From contig JBLWGC010000042.1 of the NCBI GenBank assembly GCA_048772705.1, positions 1-64,000 on the forward strand: a stretch of 64,000 nt of DNA, given 5' to 3'. Shown in pieces: positions 40,051-53,401 of this stretch. Origin of the DNA: Leidyana gryllorum EB-2025a. Its lineage: Eukaryota; Protista; Apicomplexa. The notes beneath the pieces were generated by a model, which saw only the letters and a list, made by a program, of their open reading frames with translations, was not told the origin of the DNA and did no database searches. The position numbers and the translations under genes are program-made. Each line of letters opens with the position of its first letter. Positions within the stretch are counted from its first letter, which is position 1.

Positions 40051-41832
40051 TCAATGAGCTCCTGCCGAAGACGAAGACGACGAAGAGTGCCCGAATAGTG
40101 TCCCTGTCGATCATCAAATCAATCAATCTATCATATCCCTGCCTCACCTATCATGAACAAGAAGGCTAACATGGCCACGAACCCGAGCAGAAAGAGTCCC
40201 CAGTCCAACATCTCTGTAGTTCCTTAGAGAAAATCAATCAATTCAGCCTCCACTTTGGTAGCCTCAGTGCTAACATCGACACCGCCCAAAACAACCCCAC
40301 CGACCCCGCCAAACCCATTACTTCCCCTCCATTCATCACACACCCCTCTTCTCCACCTGCCTCTGCTCCCCACAGGCTACACACGGGAGGTACACACATC
40401 CGCATCTCCATCAAAGGACTTTCGCCCACTCCACACTCCAACGGCGCTATTTCCGCCGTATCGATTTCATGCACCCCATTGTAGGGTTCAAAGCCCACTG
40501 TCGCCAAACGGTAGTCGAACAATGTCAGTTGTTGTTTCAGTGCTGCGCCACACACGCCGTCAGACCAGACACACGAACAAACATCCTTACCCAATTGGCC
40601 CAACATGATGGGGGGGTTGTAGGTTTCCGCCATCGGAGACGCGCTGCAACGAAAAGCGTATACATCGTTCCGCCCCAATGACGCAATTGACTTACTCTAA
40701 GCCGCCCCTGATTCGCGAAGGGGTAACACACAGTTGGTTATCATCCAGAATCAGATCTTGTAATGGCACTTGGATCGTCTGACTGCCTGTTTCAGCCAGC
40801 TCGAACTGTAAGTACAGGGGATCGTACGTCTGGGCTGAGCCCTTCAGTCGACAGAGTGGTACATCGTCTGGTCCCACGGCGAAATGAGGCTTCATATTGA
40901 AGCGGATGGGACAGTCGAGAGGGTCTAATTGTCTCAACAAGCTGTGGGTGGCCATCTTTTTACACTGCTCTAGTGGTGTACAACGCTCACCGGTACATAA
41001 GGAAGGGGGGAAGACGTAGGCATGGCGAGGCCAGGTCGAGGTATGCCATCCAATAGCTCGAGGCAGCCCCAAGCAGCTTAACATTATTGAGACGGAAGTG
41101 GTACAATGGGACACTCATCAGGCCCTGAGTGGCTCTAAAGGCCGGTTGTGCTCTCTCGCCCCATGTAACTGCGGGCGATCGGGTAGCCGAAGTGAGATCA
41201 TCCATAAGATAAATCTTCCGATCGCGGAATGAGAAGCCCAAGGTGGCCGCACCCCAAGTCGCACGGATGGCAGAGGCTTGTGACGAGCGGCAATCATAAT
41301 CTCCCAAGCCGAGTACTCCGAGCACATCTTTGGGAACAGATATTGGGGATGAGATATTGCGGACATATTTAACAGCTCGAAGGGTGTCGGCCAGCGCGCT
41401 ATTGAGACCATCAAATGTAAAGGACTCAAAACCTTCGATACGTTCTTCAATCACCACATCAGCCTCCAGTCCCATGGCGAAGGGTCGAGACGTTCTGAAG
41501 TCACCATAGTGGGCATAAGTATGACGCTGTACTACTCACTGGTAGCCCAAATCGGTAGGGATAGTTGAGCTCACTTCTCCAGCACAACTCCAGGGTGTAG
41601 AGGAACCGCTGGATGGTCTGTCAGGGCAGGGGTCTTCAGTCAGGCACCATCGGGCCGATTCGCTGGGAACATAACACTCGGTGCAGAATCCTGTGTCGGG
41701 TCCATATAATCTGAGACCTTCGACGAGTGTGTCGATCATCAGTCGGCCATCTTTGACGTTGGGAAGCGTCACATTTAAACCGTATAAAGGATAGTTCTCA
41801 TCCAGAAGGATCAAAGGGAGGCTGCGAGTCAT
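40051..41832 (-). CDS. Pepsin-like aspartic protease homolog, probably inactive, with C-terminal TM segments
   Basis: LMIDTLV at the first DTG position, GVLGLG, YLDLASPCLRLP at the second, and IMLGQ. Spliced 3' exons encode two hydrophobic helices. Confidence 0.55.
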
Positions 41833-41857
41833 CACATTGGCCAAAAAAGGCGGGGAA

Positions 41858-43515
41858 ATGAGTCTTCTGCAATGGGTTTCACGTAAGCGTGGTCAGGCAG
41901 AAGTAGTAGAGGACCTTGAAGGTTCTCCCTCGAAAATACTCACATGGAACTGTAATGGGCTCATCACCCGCATCAAAACGCTGGATGAGTTGGCCACGTG
42001 CGGGCGATGGCTTGCGACCGTTGACCCAGTAAGTAGCACCCCGGCCGGGGGCCTTGAGTCCATGACTTATTCTAGGATGTCATTTGTATACAAGAGGTGA
42101 AGCTGGCAGCTCATGGGCCGCCTGGAAGTTCCAAAGGCGATGGAAGGCCTCGGCGTCGGGACAAACTTCGAGAAGACACCAAGGCCTATCAGACCGAAGC
42201 AAGCGCGGTCAACCAAGCTCTGCTGAAACCCCCATTTCACAAGTACAATCGGTATTGGTCTCTCTCCGATTGGCGGTACTCGGGAGTTCTGACGCTGGTT
42301 CGCAAGGGATATCCTGTTGAAAGTGTCCGCTACAATGTCAATCGTCATCGGCCAGCGTCGGACCATCACGATGATGGGCGGATCACTTTGCTGGAATTTA
42401 AGGACTACAAGTTGCTTCACACCTACTCGCCTAATGCTGGTTGGGAGCCATCTTCCTGGGAACGTCGCTCTCGATGGGAAGATCAGATGTGCAGTTTCTT
42501 GGCGGAGGCCCGCAAAGACAAGAAACCCCTAATCTGGACAGGCGATCTTAATGTGGCACCCTTCCCGGAAGATCAGTCACATTTTGAGTGGTTTAGGTAA
42601 GCAACGGTAAGTCTTCTCCCTCATTGTCGTGAACAGGAAACAAATTCCGGCTACCTTGAGGCCTGGGCAGGGCCGAAAAGGGGCCACAACGGCCGTTGGG
42701 GCTGTTTCCGAAATCCCGGAAATCCACCGAGGGCAACCTGGATGCACTCAATTTGAACAGGATGGTTTTAAGCAGTACTTGGCGTCAGGTGATCTGGTGA
42801 GTTCACAGAGATGGCCAAGATATCTTATCTTTCCCCTTCTAGGTGGACTCCTATCGATTACTGAATCCTGAAGGGCCCCCAAAGCTAGAGAAGCCGATAA
42901 CAGGCCGGGATGGAGCAACCACGATTTATGATGTTGATGCTCCTTGCATCACCTGGAGAGGAACACCTGGCATTGAGGATGAAGAGTTCGGCCGCTATTT
43001 CGCCAAAGGCATGCGGATAGATCATTTCGTGAGTCGAATAGGGGTGTGACGTGATTCTTCCCGGCAGTTGGTTTCGAAGAGTTTCATGGACCAGGTGGAG
43101 AAGGTAGAGATCTTGGGATATGGGCGGCATAGGGTAGGTATTTTCACGGTGCTAAAGTTGAGGGTTGTCAATGGTTATTACATTCTAGACGAACTATTTC
43201 GGATCAGATCACGCCCCCATGATGCTGACGCTGAAGGCTATGAAGCCTTCCACGATGCAGGACGCCACCGCGGCTGAGCGCGAGCCTCCACGAAAGTTGC
43301 GTCGTGGTCCCGAGACCGGCGGTGCAACAGAAGGCGAGGCACAACAACAGCAGCAACAGCAACAAGAGGAACAGCCACAGCAATCAAATCTGGAGACACC
43401 ATCGTCCAGTCCAGAGGTTGCGGCTACGGCTGAGAACCCGTCGTCGTCGGAAGTTGAATCAGGAACGGCAGCCGCTCCAATTGCTTTAGATGATGAAGAT
43501 ACGCCAAAGAATTGA
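41858..43515 (+). CDS. Exonuclease III-family AP endonuclease (APE1L-type)
   Basis: KILTWNCNG, DVICIQEVK, YSGVLTL, DGRITLLEF, TYSPN, WTGDLNVAP, DSYR, MRIDHF, GSDHAP; about 5 introns. Confidence 0.92.
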
Positions 43516-43581
43516 GCATTGGCGTGTACAGGTGTGCGCGCGCTTGTGTGTGTGGTGTGTATATGATGATGGCCTGGTAGA

Positions 43582-44389
43582 TTAAGGCTGGGACGGTGCT
43601 GCTTGGTTGCGCGGGTTTTCGGGAGCCTTCTGCCATTGTTTGAAGATTCTTTCCTTGATTTGAGACATGCGCAGCCCGGGGAACTGTTTGGTGTATGGTG
43701 ACCTTTAGTCAATGGTAGTCGATCTTACCTCTTCTTTGATCCTCGGAATCCATTCCTCTTCATAGGCTTTGTAGGCTGCCTTGGCCCTACGTTCGGGATG
43801 ACGATCGACCGTGTCTCCCGCAGAAAATCCGGCCAAAGCGGCGTCCATTCCCGAAGCATCAACCCGATCTTCACCCGCCAGCATAGCATCGTACTGTTGC
43901 TCACGGATGATGTGATTGATGTTTGGCTGCATGAGATCTTCCGTCTCGGGTTTGGCGACCTTTTCGGCCTTCTGCTCTTGACGAAGCTGAAGTTGCCTAA
44001 GTGCGATCTCGGCCCGAGTCATTTTCTTAGCAGCAGCTTGCTGTTGGGGCGTAAATATAAGGTTGGTGGATTCGCGCGTTGCTTACCTTTCCCTTATTGG
44101 TTCCAATCAATCGTTGAGCCTCCTCCTCTTCCAGTTGTCTGTTTTCCTGTTTACGCTTGAGTTTCTCCTCTGTCTTTGCGTCTGCTTCGGCCTGCGGTGA
44201 AGAGCATCACATTGAGTGTAGTTCAGAGGTGTGATTGGTTATTACCTTGCGTGCCTGTCGGGCTGCAATGTGTTTGTCATTGTCTGCCCACTTGGCGTCC
44301 TCTTTGGCCCGAGCGTCTGCTTCTTTCTTAGCTGAAGAAGCGGCAGCTTTGCGTTCACGCGCTTCAATGGCTCTTGGGTGACCTTTCAT
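43582..44389 (-). CDS. CCDC124: Coiled-coil domain-containing protein 124 (Lso2 homolog)
   Basis: EARERKAA..EDAKWAD; DRHPERRAKAAYKAYEEE..|FPGLRMSQIKERIFKQWQKAPENP; three introns. Confidence 0.9.
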
Positions 44390-44481
44390 CGTAAATTTTT
44401 CTATTCTAGTCACATCGGAGCTTGGGTGTTGAAATTCCTATACGATTGGCCAACCATTCCGCTTGCTGTGCATTCAGCTCT

Positions 44482-47400
44482 TCAGCCTCCACAGCCTCTC
44501 GTAAGATCTGTACGGGGAGGAGGAGGAAGATCAGAAAGGGAAGCAGTCAGACCTACTTGTGAGAAGCGCTCCTGACTGATCAGACGAGGTTGAGGGGCCA
44601 TTTCCATTCTTCTACTTGGTATTGAGCCACTGGCTATGAATGAGGGACTGGACCGATGGGAATGATGCTTGAATCGGGGAGCGTGAAATCTAAGCATAGG
44701 GACCGCCGACCTATATTGAAACAGATATGGACCCGCCAGTCAAATTACACTCACTTCCATGCTATCTTCAATTCACAGGGACTGATTTGCTCGGGCTCTC
44801 CATCCACTTGAATCGGAACCCGCGTCTTGAGAACGAAGCGGATGTTGCGGCCTTGGGCGAGCTTGACCGCGTCCGCTACTCCAACCTGTACTTGACCCAG
44901 ATGCAATAATGACCGGAAGGCCACCAACTCGATCAGTCCATCTCCGTAGCGTTGTGGCAACCAACCTTCATTCATTCGGTTGCTTGATTGAGCTTCCTGG
45001 TCCAGCGGACTGCACGATGACGTTGCCGAGGCAAAACTGTCGCTCCTCGACATCTTGACCGACGAATCGGAACGTACTCCGTTCACTCGCCACACTTTAC
45101 AACCGCCTCCGAAAGACGGGATGTTTACTACTGCTAGTCCTTCTAATGTTCCTTCGTGTCGGAACTGACTCAGATCAATCCTCTGACCGTCACAATACAC
45201 ATCGGTATCCACCAAACTGATCGGCTGATCCACCAAGAAGTCTCTTACACCAACTTCACCATACAGAAACTTGTTGCCCAACCGCGACCGAAACAACTCT
45301 GGGTGGGATTCGCGCAATACGTGGAACTTCAACGCAATCCGGGCCGCTATACCCACATCTACGTAGTTCGTGAAAGTCTTTCGGAATAGCACCCGACCAG
45401 CCGATCCGCCTCCACCACTGCCTCGATCTGTACTCGAGGCTCCATTACCACCAGCCGTTGTCGCGGCTGCCGATTCTGGCCGCGATCGACGCCCGAATGA
45501 ACGACGCTGCTGGCTCGAAAGCTCTGCTTGCTGGGCCTCAACCGTCCATAAATCGAGAGACACAGGTTTTGCAAACACCAAACGCTTCAGAAAGCTCAGC
45601 AGGTCGCCGCCATCGAACGTTCCTCCCCACTGCAGAATTCTCGCCAGATCATTTCCAGTACCCAACGGCAATATCGCAATCGGTACTTGCACTTGCTCCC
45701 GCTCGAAGAGCTCAACTAATCTCAGAAATGGTCGTTCATCCGCAGTTTTCAACTTTCCTCCGGCCGTATTAGATACCCATTTTCGGCAATAACTGTTCAA
45801 CTTGGACAAGGATGCGAATGCAGGACAATTCTTATATTCCTCAGCAACAGCGTCCACAATCCAGCTCACGGTTCCGTCGCCGCCGCATACCAACACCCGC
45901 ATGCGCCCGGTGATGGCCAGAGCTCGGAACGGACGGAGTGCAGCCCGTGGATCCGTGTTGATGGACAAATTGATGACCTTTCGAGAAAACGATTCATGAA
46001 GAACCAGAGCAGCAACGTATCTCTCTCACCTGCCACGGATTCAACAGAGAATAGAACTCTTTGAGAAGCGTCTGTCCGACTTGACCTCCAGATTTGGGGT
46101 TAACGAAAGCGATGATGGGGCTGGCACCACATCTTTCAAGCTCAAAAAGCAGCTCTGAGACCGAGTGATGCAGCTTAGATACCAGATCGCAGATCTTTTT
46201 CTCCACCTCGAGTGGAGACATTGGGGGATTTGGGGTGACTTGAGAACTCAGTCCACGTCCAAGAGACTTAGCGAAGCTTTGTAGCTTCAGTCCGATACCT
46301 TTGGCGGTCTCAGCGGCTTTTGTCACCTCTGCCGCCACCAAATTACCGGCCTTATATACTTCGCCCTCAATTTCGCTGATGGTGGACTGCGCCTTCGAAG
46401 CAGCGGCTGCTGCCGCTCCCGAGGCAGACAAGGGTGCGGGGGGTTCGGATTCGCGTGACGGAGATATGGTGAGAGTGGGCGGGGCTGGCTGGATAGGAGA
46501 GTCTGGTGAGAGTAACGGTACACTGCCTCCAATGGTGGGACGATCGGTAGCAGGCGGGCCCAATGTTGAGATGCCTTCTTCCGCCGAAAGCGGGTCGATA
46601 GCGCTTTCGGGGAGGACAGGGGCTGTAGCAACTCCCACACCTCCCACGTTCCACTGATCAGTTAGAAGACCGACTGGGCTCTGGAAGGCACCGGCAGCAG
46701 CCAGTTGCGAGAGCCCTTCCAGTTCGTCCAAGAGAGCATCGGCAGCTTCAAGGCCGCCTCTCAATCTCCAGCGTCGGCTGTCGCGTGTGGAGACGCGAGT
46801 TTCTTGCGCAGCAGGCGTAGCTCTGTAGGGCTTCTCAGCTTTGTCAGTGGTCCTCTCAGTCCGACTTTGTCGAAGCTGTTGGAAGGCGCTGAGGGTGATG
46901 GCAGATTCGGGGTCCAGCAACAAGACGCTGACTTACCTTCGGACCGTTGAGCTTTTCACATTTCCAGCATCGGGGGAAGTGGGAGCGGAGCGGAGGTGTA
47001 AGTCATCAAGGGTTCTCATCCGGCCAGACTTGAAGCGAGTTTCAGACTCCTTATTGTGTCGACTGGGAGTTCTCCCTCGGGTATGTGTGTTTCTTCCCAG
47101 AGGAGGGCACGGAGGGGGAGGGGTTGTTCCAGGATTCGGAGGAGCAGACACTGCGCGTTTGTGTGTGGATTTACTCGTTACATTTGACTCATTCTCTGCT
47201 GGCAGTGCAGCTGGAAGTTTCGGGGAGGGATTGTTGACTTCAACAGCAGATGGTGGTAGGACAATACTCACAAGCGGCCCTGTGGGGTTGAGAAGACTGG
47301 TAGATGAATGCATTGGCGTACCCAAGTCACATCGGATGGCAGTGTCGTGGCCGAGCTCCAAGGCCTGTTCGAGGCAAGGACCGTGGAAAGTCCGGTGACA

Positions 47401-47998
47401 CCATAAGCACTCTAGGCCGAAGAGACTGAAGCTGGAGGAGCAGACAACTCCGCAGAAGGTACAGACCGAATTATTCTGCAGATTCCCTTCACGAATTTGG
47501 TGCTGCACGGGACAAGATCTCGAGGGAGTCTTGCAGGGGAGTTTGTCGGTGCCTGCGAGGGAGAAGTACAATAATTCCAAGGAGGGGAGGGGCGGGGCAA
47601 AGACAGACCTCTGATGCAACTGAGGTGGGAGAATATGCCACAAACTTCACATTCGTAGCCCATATTACGGAACAGCAGGAAGCCACTGATGAGTTGGCGG
47701 CAGTGGGAGCAGTAGCGGGGTTGTGGGGTATAGGAGAATGAGATCCATGGATGGAATGTGTTAGAGGACCAATGTGACGCCAGATTGAAACGATTGTAAT
47801 GCGCCACACGCAATCTCCATAACACGAGGGGGAGGGTAACCGCGATCAGGAGGATTGGGAAAATGACCTGTGAGAGCGTTGAGGTGAGGGCATTTGTTCC
47901 GAGTGGGCGGTATTTACCTGAAGTGTTTCCCAGGAGCCCAGGATGTCAGGGAAGATGGACGATTCTGAGCCGCTGGCGAACACGTCGTCGGCTGCCAT
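44482..47998 (-). CDS. Diacylglycerol kinase with N-terminal TM segment and two C1 domains
   Basis: C1 domains (HPW..CSHC..CEVC..HLSC; HQI..CTFC..CLWC..HGPC), IAFVNPKSGG, VLVCGGDGTVSW, LPLGTGNDLAR, NIPSFGGG, IQVDGEP. Confidence 0.92.
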
Positions 47999-48071
47999 AT
48001 GCAGCATTCTAATCCATTAAGACCAGTTCTGTCACCTTGCATATTGCGGATTTTTCCTCTCCACTGGCACC

Positions 48072-49250
48072 ATGCACAACACTGTTATTCCGTCGATGGC
48101 CACTACCACAGTTTACCGTCCCACCAACGAGGTGGCAACCAATCTCACGCCCTTTGACCACTCGCGCCACCACGTCTGGGCTCCTCAACAAGAACAACTG
48201 GGTGTGGTAGCAGACCGATCGGCTGCGTCCCCTACTACTTTTCCAAACCCCCAACAAGAACAACCCTGCTGCCCATGTCGCTGTCACGAGAACGAGAAAG
48301 GTGCTTCATCCACAGTGATCGAAAGTACCACTTACAGTTCACCTCCCCCCACTTTTGGACAGAGGTCAGGCCCCTGTACTTGTCCTGGACCCGTCGCTGT
48401 CCTCAATCACAATCTGCCGACCACGGTGCTGCCAGCAACTATCTCCAAGGAGCGATTGCCGTGTCCGCTGCATGGAGATGAGGTCGCGCACCGCTATCAG
48501 ATCGCCCCTGTGTCGGTGCCATCGGCAGCGTCGATACTTGTGACTGCTCGCGAGACGGGATCTGATCTCCAAGCCCATGCAGCCGCCAGGATCGCCCCGG
48601 CCAGTCTCCACAGCGGACGGGTGCCACTTAAGATGACGATGGAAGAGACTACCAACCTCGCTCCTCCTCCCCCCCCGGAAGGACGTCCCAGTGCATTCCC
48701 GTTACCCACTTCTCGCGATGTGTCGCAACAAACTAATTCAAAGATGATTGAGCCTCCAGCGGTGTACGTTGAGGCTCGATATGCACCAGACAACAGCCAG
48801 CTGGTGCACCAATTAGCCCCCGGACTCGAGCCTTCATATCCGCCGCAAGTGGTCCCCGTGTATTTGGACAACGCGCAGTGGCAGAAGAAGAGCGGTGGCG
48901 CCGGTTCCTGTGAGAAGGGGCACCGCTGCAGCAAATGTCTCGCTGAGGACGACAATAAGTGTGGACGATGTGGACGTCCCAATCAACGACGTGCTACGAA
49001 CGAATCGGCTACCGGGGGTCGCAAGCAGCCACCCGTGTCGCCGAAGAACTCCAAACGTGGCAAGATTGAGACTAAGCAACGAGAAGTCCGGAGAAAGGAA
49101 GATTTGGGAACAGATATGGAAGCCTTGGCGGAACAATACCGCGCTCGTGGAAACATCTATGTCGCCAGCCAATCAAATGCATCCGAAGAAGCTTTCCCAG
49201 TGGCTCTAGGTCCTGGTAGATACCGCAAGGCAAACAGAGTCTGCTGCTAG
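48072..49250 (+). CDS. Pro/Thr-rich protein with Cys/His clusters and a basic-CC C-terminus
   Basis: 392-aa intronless ORF ending GRYRKANRVCC*. Confidence 0.7.
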   Translation: MHNTVIPSMATTTVYRPTNEVATNLTPFDHSRHHVWAPQQEQLGVVADRSAASPTTFPNPQQEQPCCPCRCHENEKGASSTVIESTTYSSPPPTFGQRSGPCTCPGPVAVLNHNLPTTVLPATISKERLPCPLHGDEVAHRYQIAPVSVPSAASILVTARETGSDLQAHAAARIAPASLHSGRVPLKMTMEETTNLAPPPPPEGRPSAFPLPTSRDVSQQTNSKMIEPPAVYVEARYAPDNSQLVHQLAPGLEPSYPPQVVPVYLDNAQWQKKSGGAGSCEKGHRCSKCLAEDDNKCGRCGRPNQRRATNESATGGRKQPPVSPKNSKRGKIETKQREVRRKEDLGTDMEALAEQYRARGNIYVASQSNASEEAFPVALGPGRYRKANRVCC

Positions 49251-49367
49251 TTAGAGAGGGGGAGTTGGGACAGATGGTGTGTGACTAAACAGCTTTGTAA
49301 TTTTACTCTTCATACCCTCCTCAGCCAGACAATCCAACCCGTTGAAGTCGCCTTTTTGTCACAGAAG

Positions 49368-49784
49368 ATGGCCACTGCCGCTGTTGCACCTTTCACTCCC
49401 TTCCAACAGCCTCCGATGACCCAGACCATCCCAGCTGCTGCACAATCCACCGCCACAACAACTACTTACGCCGCGGCCGCTCCTGCTGTGCAAACAACTA
49501 CCTATCAGACGACAGCATATTCTATGGAAGAGAACCTATATCGTCCCGAAAATGCCGAGTTCGTACCACCTGGACACCCGCTCCGTGGCGGCATGACCCC
49601 TCTTTACGACATGAGTCAAGTTCGAACCTTCCAAGCCTATCCCAGCTTCCAAACCGCTGCTATTGTTCAAGCGCGCGGAGTCGGCTCTGAGCTCGTTTCT
49701 GAAGGAGCTCCGTCCAACGCGGGATCTAAAGCGTTCAGGACTACTGCTCCTTCCGCACTCAAGAAGAGGGCTTTGTGCTGCTGA
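49368..49784 (+). CDS. Small Ala/Thr/Pro-rich protein with a basic-CC C-terminus
   Basis: ATG 49368; ends ALKKRALCC*. Confidence 0.7.
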   Translation: MATAAVAPFTPFQQPPMTQTIPAAAQSTATTTTYAAAAPAVQTTTYQTTAYSMEENLYRPENAEFVPPGHPLRGGMTPLYDMSQVRTFQAYPSFQTAAIVQARGVGSELVSEGAPSNAGSKAFRTTAPSALKKRALCC

Positions 49785-49880
49785 GCCAATGAATTGGGGT
49801 TACTTAGGACGTGCCACACCATTTTTATTAGTGTCAGACAAGGCAGCATTTTGTTAGTACCTTGTGTGACCACTTACGTT

Positions 49881-51642
49881 ATGAGTAGTATGATCCTGGA
49901 CCCCAATCTTTCGAATATTGAATTAACCATTGCCATGGATTCAGAGTCACTCTGTCGAGCCGCCGACAATGCGTATCTCACCTTCGAGTCGGCTCTCACC
50001 CGAGAAAGACTAACTGACACTTTCAATGACCTCGGCGACTCCGTATTCATCGGATGGCGCTACAAACGCTCGAACTGTGGAGCTCCATGGTACAAACTAA
50101 TGACCATTCGAGCTGATCAATTCATGGGAGAACCACTTCTCCAGGATCTCGCGCAATGTATCCAATGGCTCGCGCCCCATACCATCGAGCGACATATTCA
50201 CGAGGTACGACTGTCTGAAATCTCTTGTTCTTGTACTTTCGTGATTCATGAGTAAATCCCGAGAAATCTAGATCGTCTTTGTGTGAGTGACACCTATTTT
50301 GCCCTCTCCACTTCCTGTGCGGCATCGGAACGTCCACTCGGCTGTCTGGCCATGTGACGACGATATACGGTGACGCGTTCAGGGTGGTGGTGTGTGCTTT
50401 GCCAGAGACATGTGTGGTGTGCGGTGCTTGAGCCACCCTTCCCATTGCTGTGTTAGCTGACGTGTAATGCAGAAAAAGACGGAAGGCGAGCACTTCCAAA
50501 TGGAGCACATTTTGCGAGCCCACATTGCTCGATTACAACGTGACCTCGATACTGCGGACAAAGCTCTGCGAACGTCGCGGAGCCGAACAGCGTTAATTGA
50601 AGAGGATTTCGGCCGTCTGAAGGAAACCTTGCAGACTGCTACAGTCCAATTACGGAATGTGTCGGAGGGATTGTGTAGTTCGTCCGTGACGTCTCGACTA
50701 TTGAGGCTGGCTAATGAAATGGAGAAAGCTCGAAACAATGTTAGCTACGAAGGTGCTCAAGTGCAGGCGCCAACACCCCAGATGCCAACGCCCCAAATAC
50801 CGCCGCCAGTACACCCTTCTCAACGTTCATCAGGAAACCGTTCCACTCGGCTCCCAGATCAGCCGGCTTTGGAGCATTCTGACCGGCTGTTCCCGTACAG
50901 TGGAGACGAACCTGTGCTCTCGTCCATCGTCTCTCGTCGACCGCAAGATTTTGGGCCTAATTTGACCATGCGGGACAAACCTCCTCGCATACTCCGCTTA
51001 CCGTCCACAGATCCGCCACCCGGCTGCGCGCCCACCTCCCCAACCGAAGTCAGAATATCATCGCAACAGACCCGTCCCCCGCGACCTCCTCCGCCTACGA
51101 AGTTCAAGGGTGCGTCAGCCACCACAGCGGTTGGTGGTGGTGGCGGTGCGACTGGCAGTAGAACAGCAGGAACAGGAGGCGCTTGTTCACAACCGGGGAG
51201 CGGTTTCTCACAGCCACTGACGGGAATTGGTTTCTCACAGCCGCAAAGCGGAGGTGGTTATTCACAGTCCCACGCCCGGCCAAGCCAACTTACGCCGTCC
51301 GCGTCGCGGCGAGGGTCAGGCGTGAGGCGTCCCTCCCTGTCCCAAGGCCAGGACCCACCAGCGGCGTCCGGGAGTCTGCGAGGCAGAGACTTTGAGAGAG
51401 GAAGCTTTTCTCAGACATCCGGCCGGTTTGTGCGAGCAGAAAGTCAGGACAGGGCAGCGGACCTGAAGTTCCGAATGCACTCTCGGCGGACGAGTTTGGT
51501 GCGGAGTGCGAGTTTACAGGAGGAGGAGGGCGAGAATATTGCGCCCGTGAAGGCGACGAGAGGCAAGGAATTATTTGATCGAGTGCACATCGAGAAGCCA
51601 GCTCGCGGCCTTTCTCGTCTACAAGCAGACAGGGGGGGTTAA
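49881..51642 (+). CDS. Coiled-coil/low-complexity protein of unknown function (multi-exon)
   Basis: ORF from ATG 49881, probably spliced through short exons to ORF 50467-51642 (heptad-rich start, P/S/G-rich tail). Junctions not fully resolved. Confidence 0.5.
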
Positions 51643-51713
51643 GCGTAAGTAATTAGGAGGTACGGAGCCAAAACCTGGGCACAAAAAGGTAGAAAAAAGA
51701 CTGGACAGGAGCC

Positions 51714-53401
51714 ATGGCAAGTGACGATGGCTTAGCCAAACAGGTGTGTCAGCGTACTACAATGAATCTGCCAACACAACAACGAATTGCAGACTTTCGA
51801 CGGGCTCGATGTTGCCAAGCTCACCCCCGTCACCCCTGAGGTGATGAGTCGACAGGCCACTATCAACATTGGTATGACAAACTCTTCTTTTCCGTGCTTC
51901 ATCTTATCCAGGTACCATTGGCCATGTCGCTCACGGGAAGTCCACTGTTGTTCGAGCCATTTCGGGCGTGCAGACTGTCCGTTTCAAGAATGAAAAGGAG
52001 CGTAACATCACCATCAAATTGGGTTACGCTAATGCAAAACTCTATAAGTGCACCAACCCCGATTGTCCGCCTCCCGATTGCTACGCGTCCTATGGCTCCA
52101 GTCACACTGATACCCCCCCATGCCTTCGAGAAGGATGTGGAGGGACCATGAAACTCATGCGTCACGTGTCCTTCGTCGACTGTCCTGGTCACGATATCCT
52201 CATGGCCACAATGCTCAACGGAGCGGCTGTCATGGACGCCGCTTTGCTCCTTATTGCTGGAAATGAGAGCTGTCCTCAGCCGCAAACGGCCGAGCATCTT
52301 GCAGCAGTGGAGATTATGAAGCTTCGCCACATTATTGTTCTGCAAAACAAAGTGGAGCTTATCAAACCTGATGCCTGTTTGATCCAACTAGATCAAATCA
52401 AAGACTTCATCACCGGTACCGCCGCCGACAGAGCGCCCATCATCCCGGTAAACACCGCTATTATTGCCCCTCGCCTCATCTTACTCCATACTCTCCTAGA
52501 TTTCGGCTATCTTGAAGTACAACATGGATGTGGTCGTCGAGTACCTCTGCACCCAAGTTCCCGTTCCGGTTCGCGACTTCACCTCCGCACCCGAGATGAT
52601 CGTTATCCGAAGTTTCGATGTCAACAAGGTGAGTAAATCCCCTTTGGAATCCCACAATTCCCTTTGCTCAGCCTGGAGAGCCAGTCGAGCACATGCGCGG
52701 TGGTGTTGCTGGTGGATCCATATTGAAGGGCGTCCTCAAAGTTGGAGATGTGATCGAAACTCGGCCGGGTGTCGTGGTCAAAACGACTTCTGGCAAGTTT
52801 GATGTTCGTCCCCTGCGATCGACGTGAGTGAATGATCGTGTTTGCGCTCCTATCGCCTCATTCCCGATTTTCAGCATTGTTTCACTGCTGGCGGAACAGA
52901 ATGAGTTGCAGTACGCCGTGCCTGGTGGTCTGATTGGCGTTGGAACCAGCATCGACCCGACTCAAACACGTGCTGACAAGCTGGTCGGACAGGTGTTGGG
53001 CAGACCGGAGTCCATGCCTGATGTTTTTGACACTCTTGAGGTCAATTACTACTTGTTGAGACGTTTGATCGGCATCAAGATAAAGAAAAGTTCCAAGATT
53101 GACAAGAGCAAGAAGGCGACCAAAGTCAAACCCCTCGAAAAGGGTGAAATCCTCATGGTCAACATCGGCAGCACGTCTGCTGGTGGACAAATCTCGAGCA
53201 TCAAAGACGATATTGCCAAATTCAAACTGTTCTGGCCCGTGTGCACACGCGTAAGTTTATATATACACAGAAACACTGATACTCTTCATGCAGGTGGGCG
53301 ACAAAGTTGCACTGTCTAGAAGGGTTGAGAAGAACTGGCGACTCATTGGATGGGGCCAGATCGTGCGCGGTACCCCAATCGAGCTTCGGGAACCGTTTTA
53401 G
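51714..53401 (+). CDS. EIF2S3: Translation initiation factor eIF2 gamma subunit
   Basis: SRQATINIG|[72 protein letters not shown]; about 6 introns. Confidence 0.97.
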
